A stretch of 63,890 bases of DNA, filler included, from Collodictyon triciliatum (GCA_043381765.1; 8 parts of 8 records of this genome joined end to end with filler, not necessarily neighbours in it), one strand, 5' to 3'; positions 26,230-41,361 are shown, counted from the first letter of the whole stretch. Notes: a model not told the origin generated them from the sequence alone. Program-made: numbers and translations.

Positions 26230-29158
26230 CCCTTAGCCTCCTTAAGATATGATGTTGCCTCTTCTGATGACTCACGAATACCAACAGCATAGTATGCATT
26301 TGCAACATCAAACAGTGCAGAGTGACCATATTGGAAGTAAGGACAAGCTTCTTCTAATTTTTCAATAGCCATTTTCAGAGTGGAAATGGAAGCTTTTCCC
26401 TTCATTTGTAGACCCTAGAAATTCAGGAAACAGATGCAAATACGAAGACAACAGAATGTTACAATGCAGTTTCTTTCTCTCTTGACCACAAGATTTACAC
26501 ACAGTCTACCAAGAAGCCGCAAATTACGATGGTGTGTAAAATGGATTGGATACGCTATGGCGAATTCACATATGCTAGTTTGTGGAGCGAATGATGATCT
26601 TATGACGTTTCCTCCTTTTTATATATCATCCTTCTAGAAAACAAGCAAGCAGCTAAATCGAAAGCATTCTGACCTGTGCTAACAACATCACGCCAGATGC
26701 TTGGGTGACGAGGTCCATGTGCGATATCTAGATGTTCAATTTTGTATTTACGAACTATATTCGAAAAAAAGAAGAAAAAGAACCGATTATGATAAAAGAC
26801 ATATGTTTAAATGTATAGAATGGTTCTTTATTGTAAATTTAATTTACTTCTGAATTATGGTTGGGATAGTCAAGTGATCTATGGAAAATTTGATTATCCA
26901 AACCATCAATATATGTCACGCACTTACTTGGGCAGGTACATCCACGATTTCCGTGGCGTGGAATGGAACAGTGTATTCCATCTGATAAGAACCAGGCAAG
27001 TTAGTTTTGTATCAGTCGCGACACAATGGAACGAAGGGAGTGAGTGCATTTGCTTAGAATCAATGTTGAAAATATTTTCTTGTAAGTACTTGCTCGTAGC
27101 GCCTTTGAAGACCAGGTTTGGTGAGATTCAAGTCGAGCATTTGCGTTATTCTTAAAAGGAGACGATTTCTGTCTATTTCCGTGAGTATTGTCCTGCAGGA
27201 TTGTGCCCAGAACTTCTTATCACCTTCAACAAGAGAGCTGTTCTTCAGAAGAGGGAAGTGTGTAGAAATGTATCTGCGACGTGATCATTTGAAGATTAAG
27301 ACTTGATCTTGAAACAAAGCTATTTCATTACCCATGTGTCTCTTTCACAGATAAACAAAATTTAAATGAGTCAATATGATAATGAGCAGTATCAATTCTT
27401 TTACATCAACATTAAAAGCGATGAAATTGATTCTCACTCTGGCAGTTCATTTTCCCAGAAGCCTACTGATTGCTCCATCTCCTTCTGATACTGAATTCTA
27501 GAATCAGTTATATAGCTCCGGATGAGTTTTACGTTGAATAGGAGGTGGGTGAGAACTTGGGCCATAATTGTACGAGCTCCAACATCACTAAGCCTTCCCT
27601 ACGAGAACAAAAGGCGACAGGCAAAATTTAGTCTAAATCGAATATCAACGGCGGCTTTTTTCTTCAAATATCATATTTAATGGATTCTTTTGAGGAAAAA
27701 AAAAAGAAGTGAAAATACAAAATAAAAGGAATGAATGGTTATATATAAGCGTGAATGAGTGTAAGATTTATATTATTTGGATTATGGCTCAATGCAAAGA
27801 AGAAAGTGGGGGGCGCAGTTGAACATCGAGGTATCTGACTAACCTGGGATTCCATTAGGTCTCTCATTTTCTTCCGTGAGATATTCTTGGTTGCACGAGA
27901 GATCATTTCATAAAGAACAACGGCTTTCCAATGTTCAGTTTGACAATTCTAAATATCGCATATTATATTGCGATTTGTTGATTGAGGTTATTTTTCTTTA
28001 TACACAAGAGGATGTCTTTGACAAGGGCGAACTAATATAGAGAAAGAAAAAGAAAGAAAAAACAGCGAGTCTTAGGGGGTTTCTTCTTTCTTTTTTTCAA
28101 ACCTGGTAGACAACACCTAGAAGCCTGGCATTTATTCCAACGCGATGAAATTTCCCCGTAAAATCGAATGTCTTTGGATAATCTGTGGATATTTCTTGAG
28201 GTAGTTCTTCTAGTTCCTTGACAAACTTTGGAACAACAACTTCATGTAGATATGCTGATGCTTTCTACAGGAAAAAGAGAAAAAGAAAAAGAAAAAGAAA
28301 AAGGAATGCATTTGTAAAAAAAAAAAAAAACATATATAAGCAATAACATAAATCCAAATGAAGATTCAAGCGCTCATTATTTACCGCAAAGTAATAAAAC
28401 AGTTAAAAAATTATAATTATAGTAATTGCGTGAGTCTATAATCCAAAGTGGGCATAAATAGGATACAATGAGACTGCATCGATTTGTGAGTATCAGTTTT
28501 GACGGGAGGATAAGAACCTTTAGCTCTTCTGAATGTAGTGCTACATCACTTGACTCTTGCATTCTGGATAAGCCTTCGCTACAGAGCGGAGCCTTGTAGG
28601 ACCGAACAAACGAAGGTCGGAAGACTTGGTACATGTGAGTAGATTTTGGAGTGGTGCCAGCTTCTTCGGGGGCTGAGGGGCGGTCTCCTGTTTCTGAGGT
28701 CGTTTTCAGGACGCGAGGGGTATAGCTTGGAGGTAAAGCACGCGCAAAGTCTAACAGATAATATCTCCCATCAAACCCCTATATGTTGGTTATGATTACT
28801 AAGTATGCGCATGACTAGTCATCCTATTATTATTTCAGAGTTTCGTTAAAAGTTCATTTACATCATTCAGGGGATACGAACACCTAATCTAGACCGAAAA
28901 ATCGAAAAAAAAAAGATAATGTTGAGATGAAGGAGGGGATGGACAACCTGATGCGCCTCAATGTCTGTGCAAACGTGCATGAGTTTTCCTTTGAAGTAAT
29001 AAGGCTTGAGATTCAGGAGCTTACCAAGGTACTCCATCTTGGTATTTAGTTCCAGAATATCAGCATGGACAGTGCGGCCTATTGGAATCGAAACGTTAGG
29101 ATGGGAGAGGTAAAAAAAAGAAAAAAAAAAGGAAAAAAAGAAAAAAAAGAAAAAAAAG

Positions 29159-29191
<33 letters not shown>

Positions 29192-30329
29192 AAAAAGAAA
29201 AAAGAAAAAAAAAAAAAGAAAAAAAAAAAAAAAAAAGAAAAAAAGAAAAAAAAAAAAGAAAAAAAAGAAAAAAGAAAAAAAAAAAAAAAGAAAAAAAAAA
29301 AAAAAGAAAAAAGAAAAAAAGAAAAAAAAGAAAAAAAAGAAAAAAAAAGAAAAAAGAAAGAAAAAGAAAGAAAAAAAAAAAAAAGAAAAAAGAAAAAAAG
29401 AAAAAAAGAAAAAAAAAAGAAAAAAAGAAAAAAAGAAAAAAAGAAAAAAAGAAAAAAAGAAAAGAAAAAAGCATGAGAAAAAGGGGAGAGAAGTATCTGT
29501 ATTTTAACAGTACGTCACCTTGGTTTGCTGAGCCGTACTTGATAGTTTCACTGCCTCTGACTGGTACAAGGGTTTCGGCAATCTAAGAAGTCAGGAAATA
29601 AAATGAGAGGGGACGAATATACATATATAGACAGCAGAAGCGATTGCGAGCATAGGAAATTGATGCGTGGGACACAGACCAGTCTCATCCCCCTGTGGGA
29701 TATGATGGCCATGAGAGGCACATGCAGACCCGGAACTCCGCAGTTGTAGATAGCGATGAGCGAGCGGAGCTCGTGGTTGGCTGCGCGCTGGGCGTTTTCC
29801 AGACCGCCGTAAATGCCGTGCCTTTGAGTGTTGGTGGTGTTTGAGTGGGTGTTTGAGTGGGTGTTTGTGGGATGCGGGGGGTGGGGTGCGGGGGTGGGGT
29901 GCGGGACCTGTCTGTGGCGAGCTTGAAGAGAATGTTGCAGGTGGGGACGAGATACTTGTCGCCGCCGGCCACGCCGCCGACAGAGACGGGCTTGACGGTC
30001 TTTGCCTCGTAGGGCAGGTGGTACTCGGCCAGGATGACGGAGCCGTAGGTGCGCGCGGCGGCCACAAAGTCCTGGGCAAGCTGGCTGAGGTCGCCGGCCG
30101 CGTTTGCGAGGATCATGCCCTTCTCGCCCTCGTACTCGTTCCAGTCCCGCGCTATCTGGAACGCCTCGCTGGCCACCTGGAACTCGCCGCACCAGTCCAG
30201 GTCCCTGCGCGTCACGCGGGCAAGCACCCCGTCCAGCGGGTCCACACCGGACGGCGCGTTCGGGAACCCGCCTGCTCCCGTCGCCGGCCCCTTGCCCCGC
30301 CCGCCCGCCGCGTACCCGCCCTGCGATGA

Positions 30330-30360
<31 letters not shown>

Positions 30361-31202
30361 AGCGACGACGAGTAGTCCAGGCTGGCCGGGTCGTACAGCG
30401 CGGGGGGCGTCACCGGGACCAGCGTCGCATCGCTCCCGACGTGCAGCGCAGCCATCGCCGACTCGAAGAACGCCGCCTCTGCGCTGTACGCCCCGGCCTT
30501 GGCGACGGCGGGCGAGGGGAACGCAACCGGCTGCAATTGTGGCTGTGGCTGTGGCTGTGGCTGTGGCGTCGGGAAGAGGACCGGGGCGGCCGCAGGGGCG
30601 GGTGCAGGGGCGGGTGCAGGGGCGGCTGCGGGCAGGGCGGCGAGGGGTCTGCGGCGGGCAGGCAGGGGCGGGTTCACCGGGGAGGACATGCCGGAGTCCA
30701 TGGGGCTGGGCGAGAAGGGCGACGCGTGCGAGTCCGGCGACAGCAGCCCGCGGTACGCCATGTCCATCGCAGAGATGGGCGGCGTGGACGAGGCCGACCC
30801 CGCAAACGACGGCGTCCCGGTGTACGGCCCCGGCCCCAGCCCCGGCCCCAGCCCCAGCAGCGCGTCGAACCGCAGCAGGCTGCCGTATGCGCCCGGCGCG
30901 CTCTCCGCCTGGTGCACCGGGGGCAGCACTGCCGGCAGCGACACGCCGCCTGTGGTCGAGCCTGTGGCTGTGGCTGTGGCTGTGGCTGTGGTTGCGGGGG
31001 TGGGGTAGGGCGCCGTCGACGCCTGCAGCGCCTGCTGGAACAGTCCGAACTGTTGTTGCTGCTGTTGGAGCTGCATGATCTGCTGCTGCAGAAGGAGAAT
31101 CTGCTGTTGCTGTGGCTGTTGCTGTGGCTGTTGCTGTGGCTGTGGCTGTGGCTGTGGCTGTGGCTGTCCGTCGCCTGCGAGTGTGCCGAATGCTGCAAAC
31201 AT
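26230..31202 (-). CDS. Clu-domain protein with low-complexity N terminus and C-terminal TPR-like region; 3' partial
   Basis: DFVAAARTYGSVILAE, GGVAGGDKY..ILFKLA, AANHELRSL..VPLMAIISHRGMRL, DIEAHQGFDGRYYLLDFARALPP, FRPSFV, HRVGINARLLG, EMISRATKN. Confidence 0.88.
29111..29471. repeat. Poly-purine (A-rich, AnG) tract within a Clu-gene intron
   Basis: Directly visible. Confidence 0.9.
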
Positions 31203-32180
31203 CGTCTGTGCTGCGGAGGGTTGGTGGAGAAAGGGGCTCTGTGAGGATTCCTGCCTGCTCGTGGGTTTGGAGTCCTCCTTTTTTTTTCTTTTTGAGCTCT
31301 TTTTCTTGCTTTTCTTTTGTGCCACGCACGCAGGCGGCTTTGTGTGCGCAGCCCTGCTCAAAGGCCGCCGCCACTCCCAACACGCCAGCCGATCGGCCCA
31401 CTCTGCCCTGTGCGTTCGCCTTGGGAGCGACCCGGCGCACTGCCCCTCCAAACCCGATCGGCTTGCACAATCCCACCCCTGCTGACGCGAGTCCTTCTCT
31501 TGCAGCCGGGCGTTCGGCATGTTTTCCTGCTTTCAAAGATGGGACACGCCTTTCCATCAGTGGAATCATTTCACCGTTGCTGTGTACAGAAATTTATCTA
31601 GAAATGTATGTTTTTTCTATACTTTCAGAAAATTATACCTAGATGGGTTCTGTGCGTATATGGCAAGTTGGTGAAATTCCAGAAGAGTCCACGAGGGCGC
31701 GTCTGGGTTTGCCTATCATCGTTCCCCGTGACATCACTGCCACCACTCTAAAAATAATAATAATAATGATAAATTAATGCGAAATACGCCAAAGAGGTCG
31801 GAGGTTTCCTGTGCTTTCTCACGACCAGCCGAAATAGATGTGCATATTGGTTTGCGGCATGGTTTATTTCCAACGATGAAGAAAGGGTGTTAATCTCGAG
31901 GATTTCAGACAGTGGTGTGAAGGGAGGGGAAGGAGTCAATGGAGCGAATACACGGATGGCGCAGGTGATACTCTGGACATGAAAGCCTCATGGAGGGTGA
32001 AACTCAGCCCACCTCGGGTAATTCATTCATTCAATTTGATTTCTTTTTGGGCATAACTGAACAATAGAACTATGGTTAGTTTATCGTAACCAGAGGCAGT
32101 CTCATGAAAGATGCATAATACTATATTCAATTCACTACCCACTTGCATGAGGGACAGTATCCTGTTCCTTCTTGGGTGGC

Positions 32181-32916
32181 CTACAAATCACCACGGATTA
32201 AGCGCAGGCGTTCGTCAATTTTGTCGAGCTTGTTTTGTTGGGCTTCGATATCGGCCAGGGAGTACCCATCTCTGCGACGATAGCGTCGGAGGAATCTTTG
32301 CTGGATGGAATCGTGAAGATCCACAAAGGTGTATTCCCGCTTAGAGGCGACATAGTAAGTGTATCCAATGAGGGCAGTTCCGAATCCAATAAAGTAGGCT
32401 AAAAGTATTTTCATTGTATATTACGGTTGGAATCAAAAGAGCTTTTCGTTGGTATCTTCACTGTTCCTTTTTTTTTTTTTTGGATAAAAATGATTGGTGG
32501 GTTCAGTTTGAAATTGACAAATAAAAGGGAACGTCAGAGGAGAGCCGGGGAGGTGGAATCGGTGCAACTAGAGTGTACACAGCAGGAGCACAAGACGCAA
32601 CACAAAAATGGCAGGAAAGGCTCACTGATGGGCTCCATGATGTCCCAGGAGAATTCCCACCAGGTGAAATAGCCAACCAGAGCGCCTTGGCCCATCAGAT
32701 AAACCCACAAGGAGCGCATGACCACATCGGCCCTCTTCCCGGCCTTGGCCTTGAGTTGCTCTTCCTTCTGCAGAAGCGGGACCAGCTTGGCCTCCACACC
32801 TTGCCGCTCGGCCTCCAGGGCGCGGACGGTGTCAAGGATCTGGTCAGCACGGGCGAGGGGAAGCTTAGTCGCCGGTTGAGGATACCAAATGGAGGAACGG
32901 GACAGCAGCTGTGGCC

Positions 32917-32952
<36 letters not shown>

Positions 32953-33426
32953 GGAGGAAAGAAAGAAAGAAAGAGGAGGAAAGAAAGAAAGAAAGAGGAG
33001 GAAAGAAAGAAAGAAAGAGGAGGAAAGAAAGAAAGAAAGAGGAGGGGAACATGCCTTGGAAGAGTGAACGGCGAGGGCGGAGCGCAGGGTGTCGGTGACG
33101 TCAGGGGTCAGGGGCAGGACGACGCGCTGCTTGCCGATCTCAAAGATGAAGCGGCCGGTGTCGTTTGCGTCGCGGGGGGTGACGGGCTCTGCGTCGGCGA
33201 AGGCGGAGGTGGAGAAGAAGCGGGCGACGGGCACGCTTGGCAGAGACACAGACACAGACAGAGACAGAGACCGAGGAAGAGGCAGAGGCAGAGGCAGAGG
33301 CAGAGGCAGAGGCAGGGACGGGGCGCAGACGAGCGGGCGGAGGGGCTGCTGCAACGCCGCTGTGGGGCGGGCTGCACGCATCAGGGGGGCGAGTCTGCTT
33401 GCGGACAGGCCGGCAAGGCGCAGCAT
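32181..33426 (-). CDS. MCU: Mitochondrial calcium uniporter pore subunit; 3 exons, about 290 aa
   Basis: Arg/Ala/Leu-rich presequence MLRLAGLSASRL..ARFFSTS; coiled coil; TM1; FTWWEFSWDIMEPI|TYFIGFG DIME selectivity motif; YVASKREYTF. Proposed exons 33426-33055, 32908-32626, 32398-32181. Confidence 0.95.
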
Positions 33427-33925
33427 TTCTGGGGCGGGCTGCGGGCGGGTGTGTGTCAGTCTGGTGCTGGCCGTGGCCGTCTCTCCCTTCCGCCCGTGGC
33501 CCCACACACGTCAGCCAATCAGGCGGGCCGGCCGCTCTGTGTGATATCTTTTGTATGTGCCGCACAGGGCAAGCAACGCGCAACCGCAGCTGTTCGATGT
33601 CTCGACAATGCTCTCCAAGCACACCCGACGACATAACCGTTCACGCACGCACTGGGTAAAATAGTAGTGAATGTTACATGGAGTCTTGCCGAATAGTGGA
33701 TTTGTTCGCACAAAGATTCATAGGTGGGGTTCTAGAGGATTCGAAAATTCAAATTTTGATGTCCAAAGGAGGCATGAATGTTCTGAGATTGATGAATCTC
33801 CAATTATGGAAGCTCATTTTGTGCAGCAATTTCACCAAATGTGATTGAATGGACGCATTCAGAAAACATCTGCCGTTTGTGCGTTGAGGGTGTAAGGTGG
33901 GCACTTCAAATATCAAGATTTGGGA

Positions 33926-34154
33926 AGAAAAAAAGAGAAAAAAAAGAGAAAAAAAAGAGAAAAAAAAGAGAAAAAAAAGAGAAAAAAAAGAGAAAAAAAA
34001 GAGAAAAAAAAGAGAAAAAAAAGAGAAAAAAAGAAAAAACAACAAGAAAAAAGAACAAGAAAAAAGAACAAGAAAAAGAACAAGAAAAAAGAACAAGAAA
34101 AAAGAAAAAGAAAAAGAAAAAGAAGAAAAAGAAAAAGAAAAAGAAAAAGAAAAG
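33926..34154. repeat. Compound A-rich microsatellites (A8GAG)n / (GAAAAA)n
   Basis: Directly visible. Confidence 0.85.
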
Positions 34155-34455
34155 CAAAATGAAGCCAAAAATACGTACAAAGAAAAATAGCGGGTGGGTA
34201 GAAAATGGTGATGTGAAGGGTCTTTGTGACAATGGTGGGATTCAACCTCCACCACGATGCTGCTGGCCAATCCATACACCTCACGAACATCAAGGAACTG
34301 GTCCAGAGACAACCCAACAACGCCTTTCTGATGATGCCACTTCTTTTCTGCACATCAACCAGTCCGATTGGTAGCAGGCGCGAGTTCAAATTCAGTAGCA
34401 AGGCTAGGCTGTTTAGCTGGGGTCGGCAATTCCATATCGCTAGAGGCGGTCAGTC

Positions 34456-34638
34456 CTATTGCACGGGTAGGCTCTCAATAAACCCCCACGCGTTCATATC
34501 TTGGTCTGTCCAATCTTCATACCTACAAATGGTCTCGGGATAGGTCGAGGTGGCCTGCATAGTCAAGCATGCAGCATATGCTCCCTTGCCCGAGGATATT
34601 TGCACATTTGGCGTCATTTCGTTTTTTTCTCCTTTTTT
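34456..34638 (-). CDS. Possible terminal exon of an unidentified gene cut by the contig edge
   Basis: TAG acceptor after a T-rich repeat, then open frame KKGEKNEMTPNVQ..YEDWTDQDMNAWGFIESLPVQ-stop; no recognisable motif. Confidence 0.25.
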   Translation of the reverse strand, partial: KKGEKNEMTPNVQISSGKGAYAACLTMQATSTYPETICRYEDWTDQDMNAWGFIESLPVQ

Positions 34639-34840
34639 CTATATAAAAACAAACAAAAACAAACAAAAACAAACAAAAACAAACAAAAACAAACAAAAAC
34701 AAACAAAAAAAAACAAACAAAAAAAAAAACAAAAAAAAAANNNNNNNNNNNNNNNNNNNNNNNNNNNNNNNNNNNNNNNNNNNNTTAATTAATTAANNNN
34801 NNNNNNNNNNNNNNNNNNNNNNNNNNNNNNNNNNNNNNNN

Positions 34841-34948
34841 AACAAACAAACAAACAAACAAACAAACAAACAAACAAACAAACAAACAAACAAACAAACA
34901 AACAAACAAACAAACAAACAAACAAACAAACAAACAAACAAACAAACA
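34841..34948. repeat. (AAAC)n microsatellite
   Basis: Perfect tandem repeat at contig start. Confidence 0.95.
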
Positions 34949-35895
34949 CGCCACAAACCATCACCCAACGCAAACAACCTTGGCAGCGACCCGCTCAACA
35001 AAGCAATATACAATCAATCATAAAGACAAGCTTTCCTCCAGAAAAGAAAACGCGACAGACTTCACGAAGAGCTGGCCCTTTCCGCCTCCTCGGTCGCTGG
35101 TGCATTCTCTGCCCAAGCAAGACTATCATCAAGGTTGCATCTGTATCCAATGCCCCGTTGAGAGTTGACTGAAAGGTCTCGCACCCGGTGTCTGCAGTGG
35201 GCCCTATACCGCAGTCAAGGCCAACTGGACAAAGCCTTGAGCGATATTCCTAGGAGATGAAGTCTAAATGTTCGGCGAAGAAGAAGAAAAGACGTGAAAT
35301 GGTTCTCTTTTTTCTCTTTTTTTTTCGATATCAATAAAGATAAGCGGTCTCCCATGGAGATAAGCGCATTTTAAAAGATAGATATTATATATATGTGATT
35401 TCAAAGGATTGAAGAAACTGCAGACTAATAATCATAATAATGAAAAAGCAAAAACAAAAAACACTGGTCGAGTGGACAACAACAAACGTGCTGCGACTAT
35501 GATAATTAGGGCTCTGCGGCGATACTAGACAACCGCGCGCTTAAAGTCGTCAGGCATCCACAATTCTACCTTACAAAGCTAACATAGAACTTATCGACTT
35601 GCTCAAAAAGAAAAAAGAAGATGCATAGCCTTCTAACAGTAGAGAAGGGGTAGGAAAAGCAATCCATGGATGAATATTATATGATGGCAATCAAGTTAGT
35701 GAGGAATCAACATCCTACTCATGGAACCTCATTGCATCTTGATAATAGAATTCGAGCATAGTTCAATCTTAAATGTTAAAACGGATATACCAGATCTGCC
35801 CAATATTCCATTGAATAAAAAGAAATATCAGCGTCATATTGTTAGTTTCTGGCAATACTCTAATATAAAATGACTTGCATCATATATAATTTAGT

Positions 35896-38310
<2,415 letters not shown>

Positions 38311-38585
38311 CGCTCCGCACACACGAGAAACTTTTGATCAAGCGCAGCAGACAAGATCAACCTGCAAAGTAGCCTCCAAAAGCCAGATAGTCGTGAGCAA
38401 CAGGCAGACAGTAAAACGAAAAAAGAGGAACCAAATAGCACAGCGTATTCTAGAGGCAGCTTGCTAATTAACAAGTCACATGGTCGATCAAGTAGTGGGT
38501 AATTATTCACAGTCCTTTATTGATCATTTCTTTAGTTGTTCTTTTTTTTTTTTTGGAAGGGATATTATCAGAGGGAGGATGTGGC

Positions 38586-39150
38586 TCATATCTTCTGTAT
38601 CTTGGAGCCAGCAACTACAGGATTGGCCTGCTCCAGGCGGGCGCGATCGTAGGCTTTGTAGTCGAATGTGCACTCATGCTTGTCTGCGTGGCGATGCTCT
38701 CCACAAAACGTGTGTTCGCAGCGGCATTTGAAGCCCAGAACGCCAACTTTTCTCTTGCAGGAGAAGCAGCGGTTAGGAGCAGGTGCTTTGGACGGCGAGT
38801 CGCTTTTGCTGTTGCTGATACTGCTGCCGCTGCCTTCGCAAGGCGGTGCCTTTGTCTCCGCAGCCTGCTTGTGCTCACAGGGGATCTCCGGCTTCGAGGT
38901 TGACGAGGCTGGCTGGGCAACCGAGCGGGCCTTTGCAGTGTCGCGATAGCACTTGGAGCACATGTTTTCGGTCTGTGGATTCCTGCGGCAGTCTTTTTGT
39001 GAGGACACATGGGCAGAGTAGTGACTTGGGCAAGGCGGGAAGCAAAGAGGAGAGGCGGGCTGGGGCTGATTACCCGTAGAAGCCGCATTTGTTTGCACAC
39101 AGGATCGGCGTGTTCTCTGAGTTGGCTGAGCTGGACGGGGCGGTGGACAT
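38586..39150 (-). CDS. A20/AN1 zinc-finger protein (ZFAND5/6, SAP family); 2 exons
   Basis: A20: PILCANKCGFYG|NPQTENMCSKCYR; AN1: RCFSCKRKVGVLGFKCRCEHTFCGEHRHADKHECTFDYK..NPVVAGSKIQKI. Confidence 0.95.
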
Positions 39151-39724
39151 GCTTGCTTCCTCGGCTGGTTCTCTCACGGGTTGGTGATAGTGGAATGCAC
39201 TCGGGAATCGGGCAGAGCGTGGGTTTATCTTATGTCGGGTGTTTGGCTGCTTGCGGCTGTGAAGGTTGAGTGTTGAGTTTGTTGGTTGTGTCTTCTTGGC
39301 CTTCGTTTTGAAACAGAAGGGACGGGATGGACACGTGTCTTTCCTGCCCGAGAATCCGTCTTTGCTGATGAGCCTCGGCCTTGGACGGAAGTGTTGTTTT
39401 CCTTGTCCGCGTGGTTGCGTCGCTTTCCCACCAGCAAGGCGCGCATGTAGTTAGTCTTCATCTGATTTTCCGCGAAGTCTAACTGAAGCACACACCGAAG
39501 GGCTTCCTGCGTTTTTTATACCCTGCTCGCCTTCGCCACGGGCTTGTTTATGCGGCTTCCGGCTGCTTCGAGAATGAGACGCAGTGTCGTGTCCTTTGGG
39601 ACACAAAAAAAAGATCGAATGTTCTACGCGGATTCCGTTGCTCCCTATGTGGATGTTTATTTGTGGAATGGTATGTGCAGGGTGGAGTGGCGAGCTGGCT
39701 CTTCGTTTGTTGTGTCCTTCCGCT

Positions 39725-40946
39725 TTATCTTCGGCTGCCTGGTCTCCGAAGCTTTTGCGCCTGTGCTATGATGTCTGTGCAGTTGTCACGAGAAACATCT
39801 GCGGCAGACTTCCCATCGTTGTCTCTAGCATGAGGATCTGCGGATAGCTTGAGAAGTTGTACAACGTTGTCTGATGAGCCACAGCTTGCAGCCCAGTGTC
39901 TGTTAAGATGGTGGCCATATCAGTGCTTTTCGTCTGCTCTAGTGATGCGATATAGTTTCTTGTGCGAGTAATCATACAAAGGTGTGTCGCCTATCCTGTT
40001 TCTGATGTTAACATCGGCTCCGTAGCTGTGATACAGTTGCAAGGTGGATGCATCAGCTTCACGAGCCGCGAAGTGGAAAGGCGTGTCCCCATAGGCATTT
40101 GACCGCATTATCAGCTCCCTTCTCTGCTCCAACAAGACCAAAGAAAAGTGAACAAAAAAAAAAAAGGAAAAAGAAAAAGAAAAAGAAAAAGAAAAAGAAA
40201 AAGAAAAAGAAAAAGAAAAAGAAAAAGAAAAAGAAAAAGAAAAAGAAAAAGAAAAAGAAAAAGAAGACCGCAATGGAACAGGTAAATCTTTAGTTCATAT
40301 TCACAAGTATTTGGACGTGTTCCTAATTCGTTCCCTTCCAATATTCATGCATCAGTAGGGGCGACAATTACAGTAGTTTCAGCATCAGATAAAGTGTTCA
40401 AAGAGATGAAGGCGTGATCATCTGCAAATAAATAAAGATTAAAGTTACAGAACCCTTACAATCTGGTCATTCGGCTCTCTCCCCAAAAGCCAGCGAAGAG
40501 TTGGAGGATGTGCTGAGGCCAAATGAAGCAGCGAGTTACCCTCTGAGTCTATAAACTGTTATGCGTATTTTTTTTTGGTTTCTTTTCAACAGTTTATTGA
40601 GAAAAAACAAAGCCGAGGAAACCGCCTTCACTGTTATGCGTATTACTTTAGCGTCTCATTTAACATGCACTGCAGAGCAAACCAAACGCAAAGAAAAGAA
40701 GGGAGAAAAAAGTTGATAATTCGTTATATTGGTTGGTAAACTTTCGAGCGATCCAGTAAAAACAACAAAAACAAAAAACAAAAAAACAAAAAAACTCATT
40801 TACGGAGAGTTTCTGGGTGGCTGCAGATATGGTAGGAAAAAGTAAACCTGAGATAACCTGCGGGTTCCAAGCTGTGAAGTGAAGCGAGCAAGGAAGTCGA
40901 CGTCCCCACGGGCTGCTGCTGCACAAAGCACTCGGGTGTCGTCCAT
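39725..40946 (-). CDS. Small ankyrin-repeat protein; multi-exon
   Basis: LCAAARGDVDFL, EGNSLLHLASAH, YGDTPFHFAAREAD..YGADVNIRNRIGDTPL|HWAASCGSSDNVVQLLKLSADPHARDNDGKSAAD. Confidence 0.85.
40141..40264. repeat. (GAAAAA)n microsatellite, intronic (same family at 17425-17476, 24139-24235, 52315-52408)
   Basis: Directly visible. Confidence 0.9.
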
Positions 40947-41361
40947 TTCACTCGGCAGAGCTAAACCAAAGCCAAGTGCAATAAAAGCTGGGAGGGTTAG
41001 CGTCTTCAGTCTAGTTTCTGAGTTTTATTTTTGTTTCATTTTCTTTGTTGCTTCTTTTCAATACAGCATAGATTCTTCTCTTTTCAACTCGCCAGTTTCT
41101 TATTTATGTGCAAAATAGAAAAAAAATCTCCATGAAACCCAGTTTTTTTCTTTTGGTCAAAAATATCTACATCACAAGTTGGCGTTGTCATTTTATATTC
41201 TTACTGTCACCTCTCTTGACTTTACTCTTTGGAGGTGCTTTTATTTCATCCTCATAGTATTGAGTCGCGTTTCATTCCTTCAGTTCGAGCAGGACCCCAT
41301 TTATCCACCGGCGAAAGAGTGGCTGTGGATTAAAGATACAGCTGATGTGATGCATATGAGG

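Noticed and set aside
29548..31642. Many long overlapping ORFs on both strands
   Set aside because: Expected from high GC and hexamer repeats; only one spliced frame carries Clu motifs
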